In this document: positions 41,014 to 50,782 of the stretch, piece by piece | Position numbering within the stretch: position 1 is the stretch's first letter | Layout: every line of letters begins with the position of its first letter | Assembly: GCA_009392915.1 (NCBI GenBank) | Contig: CP045477.1 | Location: 1 to 64,000 of the forward strand | Direction of reading: 5' to 3' | Source: Candidatus Forterrea multitransposorum CG_2015-17_Forterrea_25_41 | Lineage (GTDB): Archaea; Iainarchaeota; Iainarchaeia; Iainarchaeales; CSSED10-239 | Length of the DNA: 64,000 nt | Position numbers and translations under genes: made by a program | The notes under the pieces: generated by a model | Told to the model about the DNA's origin: nothing | The model's database searches: none | What the model saw: only the letters and a program-made list of their open reading frames with translations

Positions 41014-44000
41014 ATGTCCGTAGAGAAATATAAAGCAACAAATGATAAAGATTTATTTGATGAAGTAGAATCTTCTAATAGAAAGTATGTTAATGAAGAT
41101 ACTATTAAAGATATTGAAGATAAATTAAAAAAATCAAGAGAAGAACATCCTTTAGAAGATGTTGAAAATTTTTCTGAAATTGATGATTCTGAAGATGATG
41201 ATTCTGAAGATGATGATAACTTAGATGAAGTTGATTTAGAAGAAAACTCTGAAGATGAAAATTCAGAAGATAATAATTCAGAAGATAATAATTCAGAAGA
41301 TAATAATTCAGAAGATAATAATTCAGAAGATAATAATTCAGAAGATAATAATTCAGAAGATAATAATTCTGAAGATAATGATATAGATGAAGCTGATTTA
41401 GAAGAAGACTCTGAAGATAATAATTTAGAAGAAGATAATGTTGAAAAAGACCTAAATGAAATTGATTCTAAAGAATCAGATTTAAAAGAAGATTTTACTA
41501 AAAACTCAAATATATCAAAAGAGATTACTAAAGATAAAGATATACCTGCTAAAAGTTCAGAAATTATAATTAAACCAGCACTTAAATTCTTAGAAGATTT
41601 ACAAGACCCTAATGTAGTTTATTTAGGTAGAAAAAAATCTGTTTTAAAACAATATGGAAAGATAGCTACAGCATATATAGGAAAAGTTGCTGAAAATCAA
41701 CAAGAAGGCAAACAAGTTAACATAGATGGTCTAAATCCACACGTTATTTTCTTAGATGGTGCTAGAGGAACAGGTAAGAGTTATCTTTTAGGGGTAATAG
41801 CAGAAGAGCTTGCAAGAACAAACCCATATATAGGGCAAATAGTAATTGATCCTGTAGGTGTTTTCTGGTCAATGAAATTTCCAAACAGAGATTCAAAAGA
41901 ATTAAAAATTTTAGAAGAATGGGGTTTAAAGGCAGAAGGTCTTAAAAACTTAAAAGTCTTTGTTCCAGAAGGTATAGTTTCTCAAGTTTCAAAAGATACT
42001 TATGATGACACTTTTTCAATGTTTCCTTCTCTTTTAACTCCAGAAGATTGGTGTTTAACTTTTGGTATTGAAAGATTTTCTCCATCAGGCTTACTTTTAG
42101 AAAAAACTTTAGAGTCTGTAAAGAAAGGATATGTTACAGGTGGAACAAAAGATGTTCCTGATGTTAAAAAAATATCAGCAAAAGGAAATCATTTTACTTT
42201 AGAAGATATTATTAACTGTCTTCAAAACAATTCTGAATTTCAATCTTCTCAAAAAGGTTATAAACCAGATTCTATAAGAGCTTTAGTTTCAAGATTTGAA
42301 GCTGCAAGATCTTGGGGTATATTTTCAGATTCTGGAACTCCTCTTTCAAAACTTTCAAGAGAAAATCAATTAACTGTGCTTGATACTTCTTTTTTAGATG
42401 AAAATATTACTGCTTTAGTTATTGGTATTTTAGCTAGAAGAATTCTTTCTGCAAGAAAACTTCTTGCAAGACAAGAAGCTGTTAAAAAATATGGTGATTC
42501 AACACAAAAAGCAGAAGAACTTTTAGAAATTGAAATTCCTCCAACATGGATGTATATTGATGAAGCACACACTTTAATTCCTTCTGGAAATTCTCAAACA
42601 CCAGCAACTGCAGGAATTATAGAGTATGTTAAGCAAGGAAGAAGACCTGGTTGTTCTTTAGTTTTTGCAACACAACAGCCTTCTGCAATAAACACTAAAG
42701 TTTTATCACAAGTTGATATATTAATCTCAAATAAATTAGTTTTTAATGATGATATTTCTGCAATTCAAAAAAGAATGCCTGCAATAATACCAAAGCAATA
42801 TAAAGAACCAAATTTTATAAAGACTTTGCCTTTTGCAACTGCTCTTGTAGGAGATAGATCAGAAGAAACTTCTAGAGCTTTTATTTTAAGAGCAGCACCA
42901 AGAAGATCTCAACATGAAGGTCGTGATGCAGAAACAATTAGAGAGATTCCTAAAAAAAATAAATCTGAAGTTTTAGAAATTGCTTTTAAAATGGTTTATG
43001 AAAAATTAGAAAAAACAAAAGAAATTAAAGTGTCTTTTGCAAAAGATATTTTAGATGTTATTAATATTAAATATAGAGGAACTGTTGAATATGATGAACT
43101 TTTAGAAAAACTTTTAGAAAAAAATGTTTTACTTAAAGAAGATCTTCTATATCTTAATGAAAATTTTTTCAAAGAATATAATCAAGAAGAAAAATTAGTT
43201 TCTAATGATTCCGAAAATACTGATGAAATAAATTCTTTAGATGAAAATGAGCTTGAAAATATTGAAGAAAATTTAGAACATGTTAAAAGTAGTGTTTCAA
43301 AAGTAAAAGTAAGAAATACTATTGCAGAAAGAATTTCAAAAGCAAATATTGAAGAAATTGCAAATCAAAATATTAAAAAATCTTTATTATTTAAACCAAA
43401 AGAAGAAATTTTAAATATTGTTTTAAAATATAGAACAATTTATAAAATAAGTTATAATGTTTATGATTCACAAGATTCTTTTAAGACAAATACTTGTTTT
43501 GTGGATTCTGTAACTGGTGAGTTTATACATTTTTTAAATGGAGAGTTTAAGATTTCTTCTGGTTTAAATGTTTTAGATAAAATTAATGAAGATTATTTAG
43601 AGATTCTTTATCTTTTAAATAAACAACATACTTTGTTTTCTTTAAATCAAGAAACAGATATTGAAGAAAAAGATTTAATTGAAATGATTGATTCTTTTAA
43701 AGAATTAAATTTAATTACTGTTAAAAATAATTCTGGTATAGATGTTTATAAAATAGATTCAAAAGCTTTTGATATTCCTTTTAACCCGACTATTAAAGTT
43801 CTTTCATCTTTAGATGTTTTACCTTTAAAAAAACAAGATGTTGAGTTTTTAGAATCAATAAACTATTCTTTAAATGTTATTCAAGATAATTTAAAGAAAT
43901 TATGGGGTGAAATTGAATTTACTTCTCTTCAAGAAATCTATTGGCCAATTTGGCAAATTACTTATAATAATAAAGAAGGAAATAGAGTTTTAAAAGTAGA

Positions 44001-44025
44001 TGCTGTAACAGGCAAAAAAATGTGA
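41014..44025 (+). CDS. large HerA/FtsK-like P-loop ATPase with acidic repeat N-terminus and uncharacterised C-terminal half
   Basis: Walker A LDGARGTGKSY, Walker B WMYIDEAHTL, ATQQPSAI. N-terminal (SEDNN)n low-complexity tract; 1003 aa. Confidence 0.65.
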   Translation: MSVEKYKATNDKDLFDEVESSNRKYVNEDTIKDIEDKLKKSREEHPLEDVENFSEIDDSEDDDSEDDDNLDEVDLEENSEDENSEDNNSEDNNSEDNNSEDNNSEDNNSEDNNSEDNNSEDNDIDEADLEEDSEDNNLEEDNVEKDLNEIDSKESDLKEDFTKNSNISKEITKDKDIPAKSSEIIIKPALKFLEDLQDPNVVYLGRKKSVLKQYGKIATAYIGKVAENQQEGKQVNIDGLNPHVIFLDGARGTGKSYLLGVIAEELARTNPYIGQIVIDPVGVFWSMKFPNRDSKELKILEEWGLKAEGLKNLKVFVPEGIVSQVSKDTYDDTFSMFPSLLTPEDWCLTFGIERFSPSGLLLEKTLESVKKGYVTGGTKDVPDVKKISAKGNHFTLEDIINCLQNNSEFQSSQKGYKPDSIRALVSRFEAARSWGIFSDSGTPLSKLSRENQLTVLDTSFLDENITALVIGILARRILSARKLLARQEAVKKYGDSTQKAEELLEIEIPPTWMYIDEAHTLIPSGNSQTPATAGIIEYVKQGRRPGCSLVFATQQPSAINTKVLSQVDILISNKLVFNDDISAIQKRMPAIIPKQYKEPNFIKTLPFATALVGDRSEETSRAFILRAAPRRSQHEGRDAETIREIPKKNKSEVLEIAFKMVYEKLEKTKEIKVSFAKDILDVINIKYRGTVEYDELLEKLLEKNVLLKEDLLYLNENFFKEYNQEEKLVSNDSENTDEINSLDENELENIEENLEHVKSSVSKVKVRNTIAERISKANIEEIANQNIKKSLLFKPKEEILNIVLKYRTIYKISYNVYDSQDSFKTNTCFVDSVTGEFIHFLNGEFKISSGLNVLDKINEDYLEILYLLNKQHTLFSLNQETDIEEKDLIEMIDSFKELNLITVKNNSGIDVYKIDSKAFDIPFNPTIKVLSSLDVLPLKKQDVEFLESINYSLNVIQDNLKKLWGEIEFTSLQEIYWPIWQITYNNKEGNRVLKVDAVTGKKM
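41251..41370 (+). repeat. 15-bp coding tandem repeat (GAAGATAATAATTCA), about 8 units
   Basis: Six consecutive perfect units at 41266-41355, flanked by one-mismatch units. Encodes (EDNNS)n. Confidence 0.9.
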
Positions 44026-44031
44026 TAAAGT

Positions 44032-44328
44032 ATGGTTTTAACTGAAAAAGATTTTATACAAGATACATGTAAAGCAACACCAGGATTTGAATATTATCCA
44101 AAGAAGTTCTTAGAATTAAATGTTTCAAAATTACTCCCTATATTAAAAGAAAATGATTTTTATATATCTAAAGATAATTCTCCTTTTTATCTGCATGTAA
44201 AAAAAAAAGAATTAGAAGCATCTATTTTTTCATCAGCTAAGATAATTATTAAGAATACTACTGTTGAAGAAGATGCTAGTTTATTTTTACTTGATATTTT
44301 AGTTTGTTTAAATAAAGTTATGGAATAA
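44032..44328 (+). CDS. hypothetical protein
   Basis: 98-aa ORF starting 6 bp after the large ATPase gene. No motifs recognised. Confidence 0.3.
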   Translation: MVLTEKDFIQDTCKATPGFEYYPKKFLELNVSKLLPILKENDFYISKDNSPFYLHVKKKELEASIFSSAKIIIKNTTVEEDASLFLLDILVCLNKVME

Positions 44329-45328
44329 TTTTTTTTAAAATTTTTTCCATTCTTTCAATAACTTCTCTTTTTTCTTTTTTTTCAATATATTTTTTATGTC
44401 TTTTAATTATTTCTTTTCTAGCAGCTTCTTTAATTTTCTCTTCATTTATAATTGAGCTTTTAACTGTATTTATGCCCATATCTGTAGGAGATTTATACTC
44501 GTGCATTTTATTTTTTTTTGAAATAATTTTGTTAATTATTTTTTTTAAAATTTTAAAATTTTCAATATCTCTATTATAGTTAATAGCTGTAATTCCATAT
44601 GCTTTTTTATGATAAGGGTCAATAATATTTTTATCTCCAATATCTGCTGTTGCAGCTTCATATGCAAGATTAATAGGATGATTTAAAGGAAGATTAAATA
44701 CTGGGAAAGTTTCAGATTTAAAATATCCTGAATTAATTTTATTTTTTGAATCTAAAAATATTTGTGCTAAACAAATCCCCATTTTTCCTGAATTTGCAAC
44801 TGCACCAATTACAACATTTATTTTTTTATTTGTTTGGATATATGGTTGTTCAATAAATCCTTTTTGTCCTAATATTTCATCTAAATCATTTGGATAGTCT
44901 TTAATTGTTTTTGAGAAATAAACTTTTATGTTTTTCTTTTTCATTTCTTTTTCTAAAACTTTTCCTGAATTTTCATTTTTATATCTTGTTATTACTATAT
45001 CAATTTTTTCAAATTTTTTATGCAATTTTTCAATTTCTTCTAATACTAATTTTCTAAATTCTAGATTACTATTATAATCTCTTCCATTTTCTAGATGTTT
45101 TGAATAAATACAATATATTATTCCTACATCTTTTTTTATTTTTTCAAGAATCTTTACTTTTGTATCTTTTTTATAATCTATTAATACTCTATTTGCATGA
45201 TAGTCTCTTAAAAGATGTCCTCCAAACTCAATATAGACTTTATCAAAGTTTTTAATTCTTTTTTTAATTTCATTTACTTGTAATTGAATATATTTATCTT
45301 CATCAAATGCTATTTTCTTTGTAATCAT
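44318..45328 (-). CDS. DUF1846 (UPF0371)-like protein
   Basis: N-terminus FDEDKYIQLQVNEIKKRI...EFGGHLLRDYHANRVL resembles UPF0371. It is shorter than typical family members. Confidence 0.4.
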   Translation of the reverse strand: MITKKIAFDEDKYIQLQVNEIKKRIKNFDKVYIEFGGHLLRDYHANRVLIDYKKDTKVKILEKIKKDVGIIYCIYSKHLENGRDYNSNLEFRKLVLEEIEKLHKKFEKIDIVITRYKNENSGKVLEKEMKKKNIKVYFSKTIKDYPNDLDEILGQKGFIEQPYIQTNKKINVVIGAVANSGKMGICLAQIFLDSKNKINSGYFKSETFPVFNLPLNHPINLAYEAATADIGDKNIIDPYHKKAYGITAINYNRDIENFKILKKIINKIISKKNKMHEYKSPTDMGINTVKSSIINEEKIKEAARKEIIKRHKKYIEKKEKREVIERMEKILKKIIP

Positions 45329-45422
45329 AATTATTTTTTCCTATATCTTTAATATACGATATTACTATCAAAGAGATTATAAATATTTATCTTTATAAAT
45401 GTTTTGGTTTTCTTTTTTATAT

Positions 45423-47465
45423 ATGTATCTTAATAAAAATGCTATTTCTCCATTAATAGCAAGCATTTTAATTATTGTTGTAGTTGTTGCAGTTATTGGT
45501 GTGATTCTATTATGGGGTAAAAACTTTACAAATGAAAGTTTAACTTCCACTTATACTTTTTCACAAGATAAAACTGTTTCTGATTTTGTTTGGCAAGATG
45601 ATATTACTGGTAAAAATCTTTTTATAAAAAACACACATATATCATTAAGTAAAACTATTATTGGTTATAAAATAAACAGTTCCTTAGATTATGCTTATCT
45701 TAATAAATATCATTATCTTGATGAATCTTTTTTATTATCTAAAAATTCCATTGCTCAATTAACTTTAGGTTGTGTTCCAGAAAAGAATTTTTCAATTGAA
45801 CTTTTAACAGACTCTAATGAATATATTTCTTTTCCTGTCACTTCTAAGTTTTTTGATCCTTCAGAATGTACTTTTTCTTTTTCAATAACTTCTCCTTTGG
45901 AAAATTCAATCAATGCTTTAAATTCTAGTATTTCATTTACTTCTGAAATTTTAAATTCTTCAGGTACTCCTTCTTGTACTTGGATTTCTTCAATTGATGG
46001 TACTTTTTCAACATCTTGTGATGCAACTTATTCTTCTTTATCTTCTGGTTCTCATGATATTAATTTAGTTGTTGAAGATTCTGGTGATATTTTAACACAA
46101 TCAACTTCAATTATTGTAAAAGATTCTTTAGAAAGTATTATTTCTACTCCTTCAAATTCATCAAATCATTTATTTAGTGATACAATTTCATTTAGTGGTA
46201 CTGCAGATAATAATTTTGGTTCTCACACTTGTTCTTGGACTTCTTCTTTAGATGGTTCTCTTTCAAGTGATTGTAGTTTTAGTTCTAGTTTATCTCCAGG
46301 CACACATACTATTACTTTACAAGTAACTGATTCTCTTGAAACAGCATCTTCAAATATTTCTATAGATGTTTATGCTTTATTAGTTGCTTCTGTTTCTCTT
46401 CCTGCTAATAATTCTACAAAATCTTTAGGAAGTCCTATCTCTTTTTCATCAAGCATTTCTGGAGGCGATGGATCTTATTCTTGTAGTTGGACAGATAATG
46501 GTTCTCCTTTAAGTTCTAGTTGTTCATTTAGTCATACTTATCCACAAGGAAGTTGGTCTGAATATCAAGATATGCCTCAAGGTAGAGATTATCATGATTG
46601 TGTAGGTGTTGGTGATAAACTATATTGTTTTGGAGGAGATGATTCTACTTATAATGTAGAAAGAACTACTCAAATTTATAATTCTACAACAAATACTTGG
46701 TCTTTAGGTGCAAATATGCCTGCAGATAGAGAGCTTCCAGCATGTAGTTATTATAATGGAATAATTTATTGTATAGGAGGATTTAATAGTTCTTGGGATT
46801 ATGTTAATTCAAATTATGCTTATAATATTTCTACAAATTCTTGGTCTAGTAAAACTTCTATGCCAACAGTAAGAGCTGAACATGATTGTACTGCCTTAGA
46901 TGGAAAAATTTATTGTTTTGGTGGAAATAAAGATGGTGGAGGTGCAAGTAATCTTCTTGAAATATATAATATTTCAACAAATTCTTGGTCAACAGGTACA
47001 AGTTCACCTTCAGGAAAAGCAAATCATAATTGTGAGGGTTTAAATAATAAGGTTTATTGTATTGGTGGTACAACTACTACTTTAATATATGATGTTTTAT
47101 CTGATTCATGGTCTACAGGTACAACTATCTCAACATCAAAATCATCTGGAGCTTCTGATTTATATGGTACTAAAATTTATTATGGAGGAGGTTCTTCTGC
47201 TGCACTTTTAGTTTACGATACTGTTTTAAATAGTTGGTCAACTCTTGCTAGTTTACCTTATTCTAACAGATCTTATATAGGTTGTGGAATTGCAGATAAT
47301 ACTTTTTATTGTGCAGGAGGAGATTCAAGTCAAGGTAGAGAAACATACATGGATAAATTACATGGATATTCTATAGGTGCTACAGGAACACATGAAATTG
47401 AATTAAATGTAAGTGATGGTTATGGTCAAACTGCTTCTAATACAATAAATATTAATGTTCAATAG
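45423..47465 (+). CDS. pilin-signal surface protein with PKD-like repeats and a Kelch beta-propeller
   Basis: N-terminus NAISPLIASILIIVVVVAVIGVILLWGKNFTNESL. Repeats of the form C-x-W...DG...C...G-x-H-x-I-x-L-x-V-x-D. Five to six Kelch-like blades (YCFGG/YCIGG...W). Confidence 0.7.
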   Translation: MYLNKNAISPLIASILIIVVVVAVIGVILLWGKNFTNESLTSTYTFSQDKTVSDFVWQDDITGKNLFIKNTHISLSKTIIGYKINSSLDYAYLNKYHYLDESFLLSKNSIAQLTLGCVPEKNFSIELLTDSNEYISFPVTSKFFDPSECTFSFSITSPLENSINALNSSISFTSEILNSSGTPSCTWISSIDGTFSTSCDATYSSLSSGSHDINLVVEDSGDILTQSTSIIVKDSLESIISTPSNSSNHLFSDTISFSGTADNNFGSHTCSWTSSLDGSLSSDCSFSSSLSPGTHTITLQVTDSLETASSNISIDVYALLVASVSLPANNSTKSLGSPISFSSSISGGDGSYSCSWTDNGSPLSSSCSFSHTYPQGSWSEYQDMPQGRDYHDCVGVGDKLYCFGGDDSTYNVERTTQIYNSTTNTWSLGANMPADRELPACSYYNGIIYCIGGFNSSWDYVNSNYAYNISTNSWSSKTSMPTVRAEHDCTALDGKIYCFGGNKDGGGASNLLEIYNISTNSWSTGTSSPSGKANHNCEGLNNKVYCIGGTTTTLIYDVLSDSWSTGTTISTSKSSGASDLYGTKIYYGGGSSAALLVYDTVLNSWSTLASLPYSNRSYIGCGIADNTFYCAGGDSSQGRETYMDKLHGYSIGATGTHEIELNVSDGYGQTASNTININVQ

Positions 47466-47517
47466 ACTTTATATAAAATAAATATGTTTTTAAACATTAA
47501 CTCTATATAATTATATA

Positions 47518-48375
47518 ATGAACTATAAAATTATATTTTTATTTTTAACATTAATTATATTAACTCCAGGGATTTTTTCTCATGTTAATTTATCAGTAGA
47601 TCCTTCTGTTTCAAATAATACTGTTTATTTATCAAAAAATATTTCAAAAGATGTTTTATTTAATTATACTTCAAATTATTCTTCAACAATTAATAATACT
47701 TATAGAGCTGAATATGATTTAAAAATATATTCTCAAGAACTAAAAGAAATAGATTTATCTTTATCAAAAACAGAAGAATATTTTGTTTCAGATGTCTTTT
47801 CATCTTTTGCTTTAAATATAAGAAGTTTAAATTATATTGATCAAACAATTAATTTAAGAATAAAAGTTTCAGTCTATGATTCTTTAAATAATTTGGTTGA
47901 TAGTGATTATTTATTTTTAAAAATAATTTCAAATAATTCTGAATATGAATTTTCAGAGTCTCCAATAAATAAAGTTCCAGAATATAAAGGTTATTCTTTA
48001 TCTAGAGATAAGATGATACTTTTAAATTATTTAGATAAAGATAAGATTTCAATTAAAAATCATGTAGATTATTCTTTTGTATATGATGTTAATTGTACTT
48101 CAAATAGTAAAGATCTTTCTTTAGATTTAAGATATGATGGAGATAATAAACATATTTTAGAAGTTTCAATAGCTAATAATTCTGTTCAAGAAGATTTATT
48201 TTATATATCTTGTTATGCTTTTAATAAAGATGATATTAAAGACATTAGAACAATTACTGTTAATTATTTAAATCAAGATATTAATGTTAGTGATGAAACT
48301 ATTATTGAAGAAGAAGTTATAGAAGATAACAAAATTAAAACTTTTTTTAAAAATATTTTTGAAAAATTAAAATAA
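47518..48375 (+). CDS. secreted/anchored hypothetical protein
   Basis: N-terminal signal-like helix (IIFLFLTLIILTPGIFS). Asn/Ser-rich with many N-x-S/T sequons. Confidence 0.4.
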   Translation: MNYKIIFLFLTLIILTPGIFSHVNLSVDPSVSNNTVYLSKNISKDVLFNYTSNYSSTINNTYRAEYDLKIYSQELKEIDLSLSKTEEYFVSDVFSSFALNIRSLNYIDQTINLRIKVSVYDSLNNLVDSDYLFLKIISNNSEYEFSESPINKVPEYKGYSLSRDKMILLNYLDKDKISIKNHVDYSFVYDVNCTSNSKDLSLDLRYDGDNKHILEVSIANNSVQEDLFYISCYAFNKDDIKDIRTITVNYLNQDINVSDETIIEEEVIEDNKIKTFFKNIFEKLK

Positions 48376-48383
48376 GTTTATTT

Positions 48384-48812
48384 CTAAAAACTATCTGCAA
48401 GTAAGTGTACTACAACTCCTAAAAAACCTGCAAAGAAATAAACTGGATCTAAAAAAAGTAAAGGACTTGCTGTTAATATTCCAAAAGTAAAAGAATGAAG
48501 TGGCCCTCTATGTTTAATGACAGTTAAAATAATTTCTAATAATAAAAGTATCCCTGCAATAATTAAAGCTGTTTGATCATTATTAATAATACTTATTCCT
48601 GTAAAAAATATTAATAAAAGAATAATTATTTTATCTAATTGTTTTCTTATCCATGAATTATTTTTATCAATATCTGGAAGAAGTGTGTATACTATGAATA
48701 TAAAGTATGCAATTAATATTTTTTCAATCTCAAGTTCCATTAAGTTTGAGATTACAACATATACAAAAGTAAATATAAATGTTGCAAATAGAACATGCCC
48801 TAATTTATTCAT
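48384..48812 (-). CDS. membrane-bound metal-dependent hydrolase (DUF457/YdjM-like)
   Basis: LLPDIDK and GPLHS motifs in a four-TM protein. Confidence 0.5.
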   Translation of the reverse strand: MNKLGHVLFATFIFTFVYVVISNLMELEIEKILIAYFIFIVYTLLPDIDKNNSWIRKQLDKIIILLLIFFTGISIINNDQTALIIAGILLLLEIILTVIKHRGPLHSFTFGILTASPLLFLDPVYFFAGFLGVVVHLLADSF

Positions 48813-48915
48813 TTCTAAAAAATCCTTTTTTTCTTATAATATATATACTATAGATTTATTTATAAATTCTTATCTTCTTTAATATATATTAAATATATTT
48901 TAAAATAGACTAAAA

Positions 48916-49746
48916 ATGAATGAAATAATAAGTTATATAATAATTGGTATTTTACAAGGGGTAGTTGAATGGCTTCCTATAAGTTCTCAAGGAAACTTAA
49001 TGGTTTATTTATCAAATGTTTTAAATTTATCTTCTCAATTAAGTTTAAATTATTCTATTCTTTTACACATAGGTACTCTTTTAGCAGCTATTGTTTATTT
49101 TTATAAAGAAATTAAATCTCTTTTAACTGTTAAAAATATTTCTTTACTTTTTAAATATAATTTTAAATTATTAAAAATTAAAGAAAGTAATTTAGATAAA
49201 GATTTTTCTTACTTAAGATTTATTTTTATAACAGTTATTGTAACTCTTTTAATTTCAGGTCCAATTTATTTTTTAATAAGTGATGGAATAAATAATTTCA
49301 ATATACTTTTAATAAATTTAATTATTGGTCTATTATTATTTATTACTGGTTTTTTAATATTCTTTTCAAGAAAAATATTTTCAAAAAAACCTGTTCTTTC
49401 AATAAAAAATTCTTTTCTTTTAGGTTTATTTCAAGGTTTTTCAATACTTCCAGGGTTAAGTAGAAGTGGGCTTACAACTTCTTTACTTCTTTTTAGAGGT
49501 TTTAGTCCAGAGAAAGCTTTCAGAATTAGTTTTTTAGTTTCAATTCCAACTATTTTTATTGGAGAAATAGCACTTTTAGTTTTTAATGGTTTATTTTTCT
49601 CTCCATATATTTTAATTTCAATAGTTGTTTCTTTTATTGTTGGTTATTTTACAATTGATCTTTTGATTAAATTTGCAAAGAAAATTAATTTTTCATATTT
49701 TTGTTTTATTTTAGGATTTATATATATTCTAACTTATTTTATTTAA
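48916..49746 (+). CDS. uppP: undecaprenyl-diphosphatase (UppP/BacA)
   Basis: EWLPISSQGN and PGLSRSGLT motifs; polytopic. Confidence 0.85.
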   Translation: MNEIISYIIIGILQGVVEWLPISSQGNLMVYLSNVLNLSSQLSLNYSILLHIGTLLAAIVYFYKEIKSLLTVKNISLLFKYNFKLLKIKESNLDKDFSYLRFIFITVIVTLLISGPIYFLISDGINNFNILLINLIIGLLLFITGFLIFFSRKIFSKKPVLSIKNSFLLGLFQGFSILPGLSRSGLTTSLLLFRGFSPEKAFRISFLVSIPTIFIGEIALLVFNGLFFSPYILISIVVSFIVGYFTIDLLIKFAKKINFSYFCFILGFIYILTYFI

Positions 49747-50320
49747 ATTCTAATAATATTCCTTTAATTCTTTCATATGTGATTTTAGGATCATTCAATC
49801 TTATTAGTAATTCATTTATGTGATTTTTATTATTTTTTAATTTTTTAATCAAAACATTTGTTATATTTTCTTTTTTAATTTTAGGTATTTTTTTTAAGAA
49901 TTTCGCAAAATTAATTATTATTTCTCTTGCTTCTTTTGAATTATAATTAAGAGAAACTAATGATATTATTTCTTTTGCTTTCTTAGAAGAAACTTCTTTA
50001 TTGATTAAAAACTTTAAATATATTTTTTTTTGTGCTGTAGTTAGTTTCTCTTCTTCGACAACTTTTCTTTTACTAACTTTTTTTAAGATTTCTTCTTCTT
50101 TTTTTAAACTGTTAAAAAACTGTTTTACACTAAACTTATTTTCTTCAATAGATTTTTTTATTCTTTCATAAATAATAGGATCTTTTTTAATGGTTTTTGT
50201 TAAAAGATTAATTTCGTTTATAGTTAAGTCTAGCCTATAAAGTTCAGGATATTTTTTATCCATTTTAACTAAAACTTCTTTTGTTCTTTTTAATGCTCTA
50301 TTATTTATATTTCTTGGCAT
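49739..50320 (-). CDS. lysine-rich hypothetical protein
   Basis: 193-aa ORF with no recognisable motifs. Confidence 0.3.
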   Translation of the reverse strand: MPRNINNRALKRTKEVLVKMDKKYPELYRLDLTINEINLLTKTIKKDPIIYERIKKSIEENKFSVKQFFNSLKKEEEILKKVSKRKVVEEEKLTTAQKKIYLKFLINKEVSSKKAKEIISLVSLNYNSKEAREIIINFAKFLKKIPKIKKENITNVLIKKLKNNKNHINELLIRLNDPKITYERIKGILLEFK

Positions 50321-50425
50321 GTTTAATCTTTCTTTTATTTATATTTATTTAGAAGATGTATATTCTTTTAAATGTATTCTATAATATATATATTATATAA
50401 AAATATTTCAAGGAGTGAATTAAAT

Positions 50426-50743
50426 ATGTCAGAAAATGTAACTGAATTAAATGATACTAATTTTAAAGAAACAATTACTGGAAAAGAAATTGTAGTTGTT
50501 GATTTTTGGGCTGCATGGTGTGGACCTTGTCAGATGTTTGCTTCAATTTTTGAAAATTTTGCAAAAGAAAATACTAATGTTTTTTGTGTAAAAGTTAATG
50601 TTGATGATTCTCCAAATATTTCTAAAGAATATCAAGTAATGTCAATTCCTACAATACTTTTTATAAAAAATGGAGAAGTTGTTAAAAAACAAGTAGGTGT
50701 ACTTTCTAAAGAAATTATTAAGCAAATTGTTAATGAATTATAA
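50426..50743 (+). CDS. trxA: thioredoxin
   Basis: WAAWCGPCQM active site. The ATG at 50426 is preceded by AGGAGTG. Confidence 0.9.
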   Translation: MSENVTELNDTNFKETITGKEIVVVDFWAAWCGPCQMFASIFENFAKENTNVFCVKVNVDDSPNISKEYQVMSIPTILFIKNGEVVKKQVGVLSKEIIKQIVNEL

Positions 50744-50782
50744 AATTATTTTTTTTAAAAATTTAAAAGGAGTTTATCAAAA

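Noticed and set aside
41251-41370. Regularly spaced short repeats, considered as a possible CRISPR array.
   Set aside because: The units are contiguous 15-bp tandem copies with no spacers. They are in frame inside a long ORF and encode an acidic peptide repeat.
45423-47465. The Kelch/PKD pilin-signal protein, considered as a second DGR target.
   Set aside because: It shares only the N-terminal signal module with the DGR target. No sequence resembling the TR or the GGCCTGCGCTGTGTCAAG end occurs in or near it.
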